DNA of 64,000 bases from Eledone cirrhosa (lineage: Eukaryota): NCBI GenBank assembly GCA_964016885.1, contig OZ024742.1:170004001-170068000 (forward strand), in the 5' to 3' direction. Below the pieces are notes generated by a model. The model ran no database searches. It was not told the DNA's origin and worked only from the letters and a program-made list of their open reading frames with translations. The position numbers and the translations under genes are program-made. The stretch's first letter is position 1, and every line of letters begins with the position of its first letter. Below, one piece after another: positions 49,509-61,648 of the stretch.

Positions 49509-50003
49509 CACACGCACACACGCACACATACACACACAGGCACACGCACACAAATACACATACTTTCACACTTGATTTCGCCAATTGCCGGATAACATCA
49601 AAACAAAACACACAGACACACACATACATACACAAAAACACACACATCTATACTTTATATGTATGTATGTAAGATCATTCCCCCACTCTTTAATTTAACT
49701 GCTTTACTCTCTGTCGCTCTTCACTCTCTATATAGCAACACTGTTTTAACTTCCGTATCTCCCTTCAATATATACACACATAGAGAGAGAAAGATTAGGA
49801 AAACTACACACACACATCTACAGAGAGAGACAGAAAAACAGAGGGAGGGGAAAAGAGAGATATACAATTAAAGTGTTAAAGTGTTATTCAGAGAGAGAGA
49901 GAGTCGGAAGGACAATGTGACACGGGAGGGTGTGTGGTATCTTTGCAGTGGAGTGGTGGGGGCAGGTATACCTAGCCGGGCGCTAGCCGGATGGGCCAGC
50001 TAG
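48462..50003 (+). mobile_element. Composite non-autonomous Helitron
   Basis: Starts A|TCAATAATATTATAAAGCTG and ends CCGG-GCGCTAG-CCGG...CTAG|T. Internal re-starts at ~48628 and ~49648, with duplicated blocks. Confidence 0.72.
48778..49062 (+). pseudogene. C-terminal restriction-like endonuclease region of a CRE-clade non-LTR retrotransposon
   Basis: An open frame reads PGSAARWAEAAKLLKYRSLSDRFAVVPLAVETSG...EWLFQRISLAVLQGNAFSIL. It forms a GC-rich island. Confidence 0.75.
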
Positions 50004-50156
50004 TATATAAATAAAAATCAGAATGGATGCAGTAAAAAACAGTTACACTCATCATTACCCACCAGTTCTTGATACATGGGGTAGTAGAGTGGGTAATATG
50101 AAGAATTTGGGCCCCGACGGCTGAGCTCCTGCTGTTGGGATCCCAAATTTTTCATA

Positions 50157-50210
<54 letters not shown>

Positions 50211-51449
50211 GTTTGCAAGGTTTGAATATTCAATGCCTTTAATTGTATAGATATATTTTTTATTGCTGCTTATTGTAAAAGGTTAACTGAGTGCATTAGC
50301 TTTGAATGGCCAGTGAAGTGTTAAACGTGAGAATCAAATAGTAGAGATAGTTTTTTATTGCCTATTATTATACTGTTAACATGGTGATTTTGTGAAGTGC
50401 CAATGAAAAGAATTAGTGTTTATGTCAAGAAAAGCAGTTGTTGCAGTTAACCTTTGTATTCCTGCTTGACTTGCATGTGCATGATATCTGGACAGATTAA
50501 ATAAAGGGTATTTTGAAATTTTTAATGAATGCTATCTTCAGGTAGATTTAATTCTTTTATTTGCTAGCTCTTCTTCACACCTGTCAATTCTAAGGTTATA
50601 CATATTTATGAGGTTGTGTTCTGCCTGCATTTTGCAAACATGCAGTCTATAACTTTTTATAGGTCGCGGAGGCATGTGGCTTAGTGGTTAGAATATTTGG
50701 CTTATGATTTTAAGGTGAGTTCAATTCCAAGTGGCATACTGTGCCCTTGAGCACTCAGCTGAGTTGTACCTGTAATTCAAAGGGCCAGCCTTGTCACACT
50801 TTCTGTCATTTTGAATCTCTGTGAGAACTATGTTAAGGGTAGATGTGTCTGTCGAATGTTCAGTCACTCACCCATTAATTTCACGAGAAGGTCATCCCAT
50901 TGATCAAACCAACTAGAACACTTATCATCAGAACTGACAGAGTGCCAATTAATAGTTTGTAAATTGTAGAAATGGTTGTTAAATATTTGGTGCAAAGTGA
51001 AGTTTTTACAAATACTGGCCAATTGTCAATTCACGCTGTGTCATCAAATTTCTTTTGTTAAACACTTATTTACCCGTTAACACTTTATGGCCTTATTCCT
51101 AAGGATATGCTTTATCTGAAATTTTAAATTAGTTTTAAAATTAACCAAGGACTTAGTAACATTAATGAAAATAATCAACTTTGTTCCAAACATGAAATTG
51201 AGAATCTTGAAAAGGTTCTAAAATAAAAAATTATGTTAGAATGTTTTATTATAAATATGAACAGTTAAAAACAGGAACTTGTGTATGTTAGAAATAGAGG
51301 TGGTTTTAGATGGATTAGTATTGAAAGGGTTAATGTGAAGTAGATTATCATTTCTCCATGTGCTGGGCCATATTAACTCATGACCATGCCCCTAGGTTTT
51401 CAGGTATTTTCCCTGTAGCAAGGACAGGTTTAGCTTGGGCTCTTTAAAT

Positions 51450-52110
51450 ATTTCTCTGGTTGAAAATTAATCTGAAACCATTTAAATATTGCAGGATCCT
51501 GGCTGAAAATTTAGAGCTTCTTTAAATATTGTGTGTCCTGGCTGAAAATTAATCTAGGACTATTTAAATATTGTGGGGTTCTGGCTGAAAATGTAGGGCT
51601 TTTTTTAAATATTGTGGGTCCCTGACTGAAAATTAATCTGGGACTGTTTAAATATTGCAGGATCCTGGCTGAAAATTTAAGGCCTCTTTAAATATTGTGG
51701 GTCCCTGGCTGAAAATTAATCTGGGACTGTTTAAATATTGCAGGATCCTGGCTGAAAAATTAGGGCCTCTTTAAATATTGTGGCTCCCTGGCTGAAAATT
51801 AATCAGGGACTGTTTAAATATTGCAGGATCCTGGCTGAAAATTTAGGGCCTCTTTAAATATTGGGGGTCCCTGACTGAAAATTAATCAGGGACTGTTTAA
51901 ATATTGCAGAATCCTGGCTGAAAATTTAGGGCCTCTTTAAATATTGGGGCACCTGACTGAAAATTAATCAGGGACTGTTTAAATATTGCAGGATCCTGGC
52001 TGGAAATTTAGGGCCTCTTTAAATATTGTGGGCCCCTGACTGAAAATTAATTTGGAGTCATTTAAATATTGCAGGACTCTAGCTGTTTAAATATTGTTGG
52101 ACTCTGGCTG
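51450..52110. repeat. Tandem array of 43-bp and 40-bp subunits (83-bp higher-order repeat)
   Basis: AATATTGCAG recurs at 51651, 51734, 51817, 51900 and 51983. Confidence 0.92.
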
Positions 52111-52479
52111 AAAGTGGATTTGAGACTGTTTAAAATGTGTTGGTTCTTGGTTACAAGACAGTCACCCCCCCCCCCCCAATCTGCTACTGTATGGGGTCTA
52201 TTTAACACAGCAAGAATAATGGATATGACTATATATTTCTTTCTTTGTGTATTTATTCCTAACCATCCACTGTATTGGTGGTACCCCCAGTGTAATAGTG
52301 ATACATTATTAGTAAAGATAAAATACTAAATGGTTGACTTGTTTTACTGGGATGTTATATGGATCAGGTTTTTAAAAATGTCTTCATTATATCATGAAAA
52401 TTCATTGTTTTTGTTTATTTTCTCCTTCTTCATTGATTCCCCCTCCTTTCTCCTTTTTCAATTAGTTTCCCTTTGCCTC

Positions 52480-52975
52480 TTCTCTCTTTATCTTTCACTC
52501 CTTCCTCTCTCTCTCATGCCCTCCTCTCTCTCTTTCTCCTTTCTCCCACCCTCCTCTTTCTCTCCCCCACCTGCCTCTCTCTCTCTCCCACCCCCCACCC
52601 CACACCCTCCCCTCTCTCACACCCTCCCCTCTCTCACACCCTCCCCTCTCTCACCCTCTCTCACACAAACCCCTCTCCCCCTCACACAAACCCCATCTCC
52701 CCCTCCCTTCTCCCCATCTCCCCCCTCCCTTCTCCCCCTCTCCCCCTCCCTTCTCCCCCTCTCAGCCCATCTCACCCTCACAGCCCATCTCACCCCCTCA
52801 CCCTCTCAGCCAATCTCACCCCCTCACCCTCACCCCTCAGCCCATCTCACCCCTCCCCACCCCTCTCAGCCCATCTCACCCCAACCCCCCACCCCTCTCA
52901 CCCCCTCACCCTCCTCCCCTCTAACCCCTCTCCCTCTCACATGCTTCTCTCTCACATCATGCCTCCCTCTCTTTC
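52480..52975. repeat. C/T-rich low-complexity tract
   Basis: Polypyrimidine CCCT/CTCACCCC reiterations. Confidence 0.9.
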
Positions 52976-53761
52976 CATACTTTGAAGTTTTACACTGATG
53001 TACATGAAAGACGGACATGAAAGCATCATCTAGGTGCTACTCTAATGAAGCTCTTAAACATATCAGTTATTATTTTTATGTTGTGTTTATGTGTGCTATT
53101 AATATTGATAAAACACAGTACAAAACAACAACAACATTGTGTTTGATATAAAATTGAATGTTCATATAAAAGATTTTATTTATATTTTCAGACTTATTAT
53201 CATTGCTTATCAGATTAGTCTTATTAGTCTTGTCTAGTTTTTAATATATTAATTACAGGATTTTACTAAGTTCATTCTCACCATTCGGTAACCAGATAAA
53301 GAGTAGTGGATTGGCAGAATCATTAGAGCATCAAACCAATGATTTGTTGGATTTAGTTATGGCCCTTTATGTTCTGAGTTCAAATCCCACCATGGTCAAC
53401 TTTGCCTTTCATCCTTTCAAGAGTTGATAAAATACCAGTCAAGTACTGGGGTAAATTTAATCACCCCCCTCCCCCTCCCAAATTATTGGCCTTATGCCTA
53501 AATTAGAAATCATTTAGTAACGAGATATAAAATTGTATGATGTTTTTATATTTCTACTAATCTCAATTAATTCAATCATATTTTCTTTTTGAAAGTCTGT
53601 ATAGACAAATAATTTGCTATTTAACCCTTTTGATATCGACCTGGCTAAAACCAGTTCTGGTTCTATGAAGGAAAACCACCAATGGGTTGTTATAAGTTTT
53701 ATAGGGTTCCTATTTAAATTACTCTTTCAACAATATTTGATATAAAAATATTTAAAGTTAT

Positions 53762-54035
53762 TGTTGTATGGACTGGGAATCGAACTCACAACCTCATTGT
53801 TGTATGGACTGTTGAATTCGTTTTATTCAATTTACACGTGCTCACACATTTGCATATGAATCACGTGACCTGGGCAGTCAGTCAGTGTTGGTATTAAAAA
53901 CTCGGTCACAGACTGCTTCACTTACTTTATGTTATTCTGCTACTGTGAGGAGGGGCGTTTTGGTTGTTTCGTACAATACACAAATTATTTGATATAACTC
54001 GTGTTTTCTCTGCGAGTACCGAGAGGAATACAACA
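53762..54035 (+). repeat. 5' LTR (274 bp)
   Basis: By eye it differs from the 3' LTR by one substitution and one 2-bp indel. It contains two CACGTG motifs and ATTAAA. Confidence 0.95.
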
Positions 54036-54043
54036 GAGTTTAT

Positions 54044-54162
54044 TGGCGTCGACGATAGGATTTACCTACATTGCCGATAGGATTTACCTACATTGCCGGT
54101 AGGATTTACCTACATTGCCGATAGGATTTACCTACATTGCCGATAGGATTTACCTACAATGC
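54044..54162 (+). promoter_or_regulatory. Primer-binding site (degenerate, tRNA-Ser-like) running into a 5 x 22-bp tandem repeat
   Basis: TGGCGTCGACGATAGGATTT, then the unit CGATAGGATTTACCTACATTGC across 54053-54162. Confidence 0.7.
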
Positions 54163-54186
54163 CGGGAAATTGTTTATCATAAAAAC

Positions 54187-57100
54187 ATGGCGGAACAACA
54201 AACAGCGGAGCTAATAAAGTTGTTTAGAGAGCAGATGGAACAACAGAGTTTATTGGCGTCGCAACAAATGCAACAACACAAGAAAGATATGGACACTCTG
54301 ATAAAATTGTTTGGTGCTCGAGATTCTGAACAACAGAGTTCATTGGCGTCGCCAGTTGCTTCGACACCAACAGCATTCATTCCACCATTTGCTGCTTTTG
54401 ATTCAACAACAGAACTATGGCCTGATTACTCGTCAAGATTCTGCACGTTTGTGGCTGCTAACGCTGTACCCGAGCAATGCATGGCACAAGTGTTCCTGAC
54501 TAATCAGACGGCTGCTATCTACAAACAACTTGCAAATCTGGCTGCTCAACAAAATCCGCCTAAGGATATCAACAAGTTGACAATGGACGAAATTGCTGAC
54601 TTCATGAAAGAACAGTTCGACCCAAAACTTTTCATTGTGAGAGAACGTTTCAAGTTCTGGAGTGACATGCAACGGAAGCCAGGCGAAACTCTCCAGGAGC
54701 TGGCAGCATGTATACGTCAGAATGCAGCTACCTGTGATTTTCCTTCGATCACAAATCCACAAGATGAAGCTCTAAGACAGAGATTTATATGTTCTGTCAA
54801 TAATGAAGCTGTGTTGAAGGTTATTTTCAAGATCAAGGATACAGAACTAGATTTCACCTGTGCTGTCCAAGTTGCCATCGGGACCGAAGATGCAGCAAAG
54901 GTTGCCAAGGAAACTGTTTACGGTTCCAAAACCAAGCAAGTCTACAAGGTCCAGCAGAACAAGAACAAGGGTCCTCGAAAGAACCATCAGCAGTCTTATT
55001 CCACAGACCAGAAGATGTGCTACCGATGTGGAAAGGCCCACAAAGCGACAGACTGCCCCTTCAAAGAAACTAAATGTCATTTTTGTGACAAAAAGGGACA
55101 TTTGCAAGCGGTGTGTAGAAAGAAACAACATCAGCAACGTAATCATCGCTCACAGAATTACGTGAAAAGAATCACGAAAGCTGAGCTAGTCAAGGCGATC
55201 CTTAGTGAAGTTCCCCACGATACTCATAGTTTGAATGTGCCAATAACAATCCAGAGCAGACTTTTCACAATGGAATTGGACACAGCTACTACAGGCAATT
55301 TTGTTTCCTTGTCAGTTTGGAAACAATTAGGAAAACCGAAGCTGCAAGATGTCAAACATCGGTTTGAATCTGCCAGCAAGCACGACCTGCCCGTTCTGGG
55401 AACTTTCATGGGCCAAACCAAGGATCCAACGACCGGTAAACGGAATTCAATTCCCTACATCGTCACCAAGATCCCTGATCTTAATTTGCTGGGACGAAAC
55501 GCTATCCAGACTCTGGGAATTTCCGTGGACAATGCTCTAGGATTGAAAAGCATAGACAGCCAGGCCAAGAGTGAGGGTGCAGAAGTGATGCATCCAAAGA
55601 CCTCAAATGAGCCCTATATTTCCATGCAACGAGATTGTCACAACATGTGTGATGAATTCCCAGATCTCTTCAAGCAAGAATTGGGATGTCTTAATGACTT
55701 CGAACTGGAAGTGAAGTTCAAGTCGGACGCGACACCGGTCTTTCAGAAGGCACGCCCGGTCCCGTTTGCTCTTCGTGATGACCTGGCCAAAGGTTACGAA
55801 GAAGGCATCGCCAAAGGAATCTGGAAGCCCGTACAGTTCAACGAATACGGAACGCCAGTGGTACCGATTCGTAAAGCACATACTTCAGGCAACCTGAAGC
55901 CCAAACTACGGATTTGTGGTGACTACTCTGTGGGAATTAATGACCAACTTGCAGATCATCGTCATCCAATGCCACTCCCAGAGGAACTGATGCAGAAGCT
56001 CGGAGGTGGATTCGGATACACAAAGATTGATCTTGCTGATGCCTATAATCAAATCAAGCTGGCTCCAGAAAGTCAACGCAGGCTTGCACTCATCACTCAC
56101 CGTGGGGTGCTCCTGCAGGAACGACTCCCTTTCGGAATCAAGTCAGCACCTAGTTACTTTCAGGAGATCATGGAAAACCTGACTCAAGATCTACCTGGTG
56201 TGGCCGTCTTCCAGGACGACATGCTCGTCAGTGGGAAAGATGCAAACGATCACCTGAACAACCTAAAGTGTCTGCTCACACGTCTGTGCGACAAAGGACT
56301 CAGATGTCGCCGTGACAAGTGCCAGTTTGCACTATCCAGTGTGGAATACCTTGGACACACCTTGTCGGCTGAAGGGATCGTGAAGGGATCCAAGGTCAAA
56401 GCAGTTTTAAAGATGCCACCTCCAACGAACGTCTCAAGCTTGAAGTCTTTCCTGGGTTTAGTTCAGTTCTATGGAAAGTTTATCCCAAACCTGGCCAGCA
56501 TGGCAGAGCCACTCTATTGCCTTACGAAAAAAACGACTACTTGGAAGTGGGGAGATGAAGAACAGTCAGCTTTCGATCAGTCGAAAAATGTACTTTCATC
56601 GGATCGAGTTCTGATACACTTCGATCCAAACAAAACTTTGGGACTGGCTTGCGACGTATTGGAGCAGTCCTGTTTCATCGCTATCCTGATGGAAGCGAGC
56701 GCCCAATATCCAATGTATCCAAGACTCTTACTTCTGCACAGCGTAACTACGGCCAAATTCAAAAGGAAGCCCTGGCCATCATATTTGGCTTGCAGAAGTT
56801 CTATCAGTATCTGTACAGACATCAGTTTATACTCGTAACTGACCACAAGCCACTGACATCACTGTTCAGTCTGAGGAAAGGGACGCCACTTCTCGCTGTT
56901 AACCGACTAGCACGGTGGGCCCTGTGGCTGAACCAGTTTGACTACACCATCGAATATCGGAAAACAGTGGATCATGGCAATGCAGATGCCCTCAGTCGCT
57001 TGCCATTTGGTAATGACATCGACTTTGACAGGAAGGAAAATGGTGAAGACATGGACATGGTGTGCGCCATCAAAGCTCTCAGTCTTCAAGTCCAACCTAT

Positions 57101-58436
57101 CGATGCTAACGTCCTCCGTCAAGAGTCAGGGAAAGATCCAGTGATATCTACAGTGATACACTACGTCCGTGAAGGCTGGCCACCAAAGAATACTGAGATC
57201 AATGACGAAGTCAATAAGTTCCGGAAGTTATCGGATTCACTTAGTATCTGCCACGGATGCCTTATCCATGGATCGAGAGTTGTGATTCCACATAGCTTAC
57301 AGCCAAAGATCCTCAATCTTCTGCATCTCAGACACTTTGGCACGGAGCGCATGAAACAATTGGCAAGAACTGTTGTTTATTGGCCTGGTATCGATGCTGC
57401 TATAGAGAAAACCAGTCGACAATGTGATTCGTGTGGTGAACATCAAAACCAGCCATCCAAGTCTCCAGTTCACCCATGGATGTTACCTGAAAAGCCATGG
57501 AGCCGCTTACACCTGGACCACGCAATAAATTTCATGGGCAGTAATTGGTTGGTGATCACGGATGCTTATTCCAAGTATCCATGCATTCATCCTACATCAT
57601 CCACGTCCTCCAGAGCCACTTTAGATCTGCTTGAAGAAGACTTTGCGCACTTCGGATTTCCTCACACGCTAGTCACCGATAACGCACCAACTTTTATTTC
57701 TGAGGAGTTCCAGAGCTGGTGCAAAGAACGTGGGATCACGCACCTGACAGGGGCACCTTACCACCCAGCTACCAATGGAGCAGCGGAACGTTTGGTGTAG
57801 ACCTTCAAACAAGCTCTGAGGAAGACTTCTCTTCCGCCGAAGCGAGCACTTCAAGAGTTCTTGATGCAGTACCGGAGAACACCGACATCCAGTGGATTCT
57901 CTCCGAGTGAACTTTTGAATCACCGGCAGATACGGACAAGGATTGATTCTCTGCTGCCCTCGCCAGCACACATCGCTCAAGGCAAGCAGTCTAAGGAAGC
58001 ATATAAGACTCAGATGACTCCGGACTCGGCAGGTGTCGCTAAGGTTACCAGGCAGTACAAGGCTGGAGATCCTGTGTATGCACTGTACTATGGACCTCAC
58101 CGAGACAAAGATCCCCGATGGGTACCAGCAATCATTAAGAAGTCATTGGGTACTCGCTGCTTCAACGTTACGGTCGTACCTCATGGCCCGGTGTGGAGAC
58201 GACACTGGGAACAGCTGCAACCGCGGTACACTACTGAGGAAGACAATGAACCTGGTGATGCAGTAGACACTGTTTTTGAATTTGCAACAGATCACCCGAT
58301 GGAGATCTCTGAAATCGTGCCACTAACTCCAAGACAGACCAGACCCAAGACCTTATTGCCCGTTCCAGAGTATGGACCAGACAATCGAAGACGGTCCAAG
58401 AGAACTCGTAAACCCCCAGAGAGACTTTGCTGTTGA
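54187..58436 (+). pseudogene. gag-pol polyprotein, disrupted by a frameshift at ~56656 and an in-frame TAG at 57798-57800
   Basis: Two zinc knuckles (CYRCGKAHKATDC, CHFCDKKGHLQAVC); protease ELDTA; RT LPFG..FQDD; RNase H LACD/IGAVL, KEALA and TDHKPL; integrase HHCC with DHA, TDN and AERL. Confidence 0.93.
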
Positions 58437-58470
58437 TGCTTCTTTTGTCGCATCAATTTCGGTGGGGAGG

Positions 58471-58742
58471 TGTTGTATGGACTGGGAATCGAACTCACAA
58501 CCTCATTGTTGTATGGACTGTTGAATTCGTTTTATTCAATTTACACGTGCTCACACATTTGCATATGAATCACGTGACCTGGGCAGTCAGTCAGCGTTGG
58601 TATTAAAAACTCGGTCACAGACTGCTTCACTTACTTTGTTATTCTGCTACTGTGAGGAGGGGCGTTTTGGTTGTTTCGTACAATACACAAATTATTTGAT
58701 ATAACTCGTGTTTTCTCTGCGAGTACCGAGAGGAATACAACA
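58471..58742 (+). repeat. 3' LTR (272 bp)
   Basis: Direct repeat of 53762-54035. Confidence 0.95.
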
Positions 58743-59197
58743 GTTATGTTACAAATAATATATTGATAATGAATTAATAAATAATTTTAATAAATCCCTC
58801 CAAATTCTTCATATCTATAATTTCTTCTACTGTTAGAATAGCATATAATTATATGCCATTTTGATACCAACCTACCCCAAAACTGGCTCTGGTTCTATGA
58901 AACAAAATCACCTATTTTAAAGGGTTCCTATTTAAATCAAAATATTTTAATAAAATTTTATATAAGAACCATATGTTAAGTTACTATCCTAGTAATGAAA
59001 TAATTAATATTTTGAGTAAATCTCTCAAAATTTTTCACTATTTTATTGAAGGTGACAAAAAGGTTTAACTCTTTTGATATCAAAACTGACTCTGGTCCTG
59101 TGAAACAAAACCACTCGTTTTAAATTAAAATCTCCCAACAGAATTTTATATAAGAACCATATGTTAAAATTTACTATCTTAGTAAGGAAGTAATTAA

Positions 59198-59580
59198 TAA
59201 TTGTTTCTACTTTTGGCACAAGGCCAACAAGGCCAGCAATTACCCAGTGCATTACTGGTACTTTATTTTATCTACCCCGTAAGGATGAAAGGCAAAGTTA
59301 ACCTTGGCGGGATTTGAACTCGGACCGTAAAGGGACGTAACTATGCTGGAAAGCATGGCGTCCGACCTTCTACTGATACTGCCAATCCCCCTAATTAATA
59401 ATTGTTTCTACTTTAGGCACAAGGCCAGCAATTACCCAGTGCATTACTGGTACTTTATTTTATCAACCCCGTAAGGATGAAAGGCAAAGTCAACCTCGGC
59501 GGGATTTGAACTCAGATCGTAAAGGGACGTAACTATGCTGGAAAGCATTGCGTCCGACCCTCCACCGATACTGCCAATCC
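59198..59580 (-). mobile_element. Two tandem family-1 SINEs (short form) inside a family B MITE
   Basis: Two near-identical reverse-complement copies. Confidence 0.88.
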
Positions 59581-61106
59581 AAATGTTAGTAAATTCCTAC
59601 TTAATTAATTAAAATTGAGATAGAATGTATTTCATTAGAAATATAGAAATATGGTCATTAAATAGTTAAAATGTGTTTTTTTATCATTACACACTTGAAC
59701 TACTATTTTACATGTATGTCAATTATAAGTACATAATGTAAACCTTTCTTTACAAAACTGTTAGGTTTTATGAGTTTGTGCCACGCTTGGTTGACAACAT
59801 TGGGAAGTGTTTATTATTCTGACATGCTTCAAATTGAATTAGAAAATGAACATAATAACATAATAACTATAAATGAATATAATAAAGGTTGTTTTGCTAT
59901 GTTATACTTTTGGTTAAATATTTATCTCTTGTACAATGATGTGTTGTAGCATTCCTTTAACTCTTTTGTTTCCAAACCACCTGAAACTACCCCTAGTTCT
60001 ATGTTACAAAGCTATTTAACTTTTAAAAAAATAACACTATTATAATTTTATGTGAGAACCTTTGTTTAGTTATGTTCCAAATACCAGCTTATTTCAAAGT
60101 CATAGGCAATGTCTTCCATTCGAAATATGGTAACGAAAGGATTAAAACGACTATTTTTTTTTTGTCTTTTTTAATGTCTCTCTCTCTTGTGTTTAGAAAT
60201 AAGCAATCTCTCAACTTCATAGTTATTTGGCAGAAAGGGGGGAAGAAGGATTATCCGGTAATCCCAAGTTTTAACTCTCAAATCTTTGAGAATGTTTACC
60301 CTCAAAGTTTACCCTCTTTGCTATCAAAATGGCAGTTGCACACATTTTTAATTCGCTTTGCCAAGAAATAATGGACAAGCTAATAGCTAGATGATGCTTC
60401 TCATAGGTGATGCTTCTCATAGGTGATTTTTGGGGTGTTTTAATGATGGGGTGGCAGGGAGAGACTCAGTCCTTTCATGAAAAGCCACGAGAAATAAAGC
60501 ATCTTTCTCAAGAACACAACACACTGCCCATTGTGTCATGCTGGGTTTTATAATAATATTTATTCTGTATTTCTGTTTCTTCTTCCTCCTCTTCCCTCAT
60601 ATGGAGCATTAGGTGGATAGAGGTTTCTATTCTACATGTTTGTAAGCCTGTCACTGGTCTGCTCCCTGGCCAAACCAGGTCCATGTTTGCCAGGTTTTAA
60701 GTCCAGACCTCAACCAAGTTCCTTATGTCTTCCATTCTAGGGGGTCCCTCACTGGTCTCTACATAGATATGTATACTTTGCTAAGGGTTGAAAGTGTAAT
60801 TGTTTTTATTTTATTTTCTTCAGGCAGGTGTTAGGTATAAATGCTGATATCCAGAAATAGCACAGTGCAATGATGGTAGGCAGTGGATAAAATAAGTATT
60901 TAGCCTTGCTCCCAGGCCTGTTTCAAAGAGATTTCTACTGCGTTCTGTTTCATTGCAGTTCATGGGAATATTTTATAGCAACATATGTTAGTCATATGTT
61001 GCTATAAAATATAGCTCAAACACAAACCCCAATAACACAACACACAAAATATCACCAGTCTAATCAATAGTGTTGAAAACAATTTACTTAGGTGTGTGTC
61101 TGTGTG

Positions 61107-61169
<63 letters not shown>

Positions 61170-61284
61170 GACACAAATATTTAACTGAAAGTATAACACA
61201 CACACATACACACACACACATACACATTCCTATTATTGTTTTAAATATATATATATATATATTGATATTATTGCGTTGTTTAAA

Positions 61285-61331
<47 letters not shown>

Positions 61332-61525
61332 TCCTACCCATGCTAGCATGGACGATGGACGTTGAACGATCATGATGATGATGATGATTCATATTATTGT
61401 ATTGTTTTAAATATGTTTTTCGTCCAAAATATAGATAGTTTTCCTAATATATAAAATGTTAAACAATATATCATCATTCTACTGTGTTGTTCTCCTGTGT
61501 TGAACTTTCTCATATATTTAAAATC

Positions 61526-61648
61526 TATTCTCTGAGTAGATATGTGACAGTGACTTCGAAGTTTCAGCATGGTCGCCTTATCGCACAACCAGATAAAGCT
61601 ACTAAACTAAAACTTCTCAGTCACTGCCACATTTCTACTCAGAAAATA
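61526..61648. repeat. Imperfect palindrome containing degenerate hammerhead-like motifs
   Basis: About 42-bp arms with about 6 mismatches. The minus strand reads GCGATAA-GGCG-ACCA-TGCT-GAAA-CTTCGAAG-TC-AC. Confidence 0.6.

Larger units (their letters stand above)
53762..58742 (+). mobile_element. Full-length Ty3/Gypsy LTR retrotransposon, Mag-like
   Basis: TSD GTTAT at 53757-53761 and 58743-58747. LTRs end TGTTGTAT...ATACAACA. PBS-like TGGCG at 54044; PPT GGTGGGGAGG at 58461-58470. Domain order is gag-PR-RT-RH-IN. It is inserted in a family B MITE. Confidence 0.97.

Noticed and set aside
52330-52998. Pro/Ser-rich 222-aa ORF
   Set aside because: A low-complexity C/T tract with no domain signal.
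54115-54186. N-terminal extension of the 907-aa ORF
   Set aside because: The TTG start lies within the 22-bp leader repeat; ATG 54187 is the more plausible gag start.
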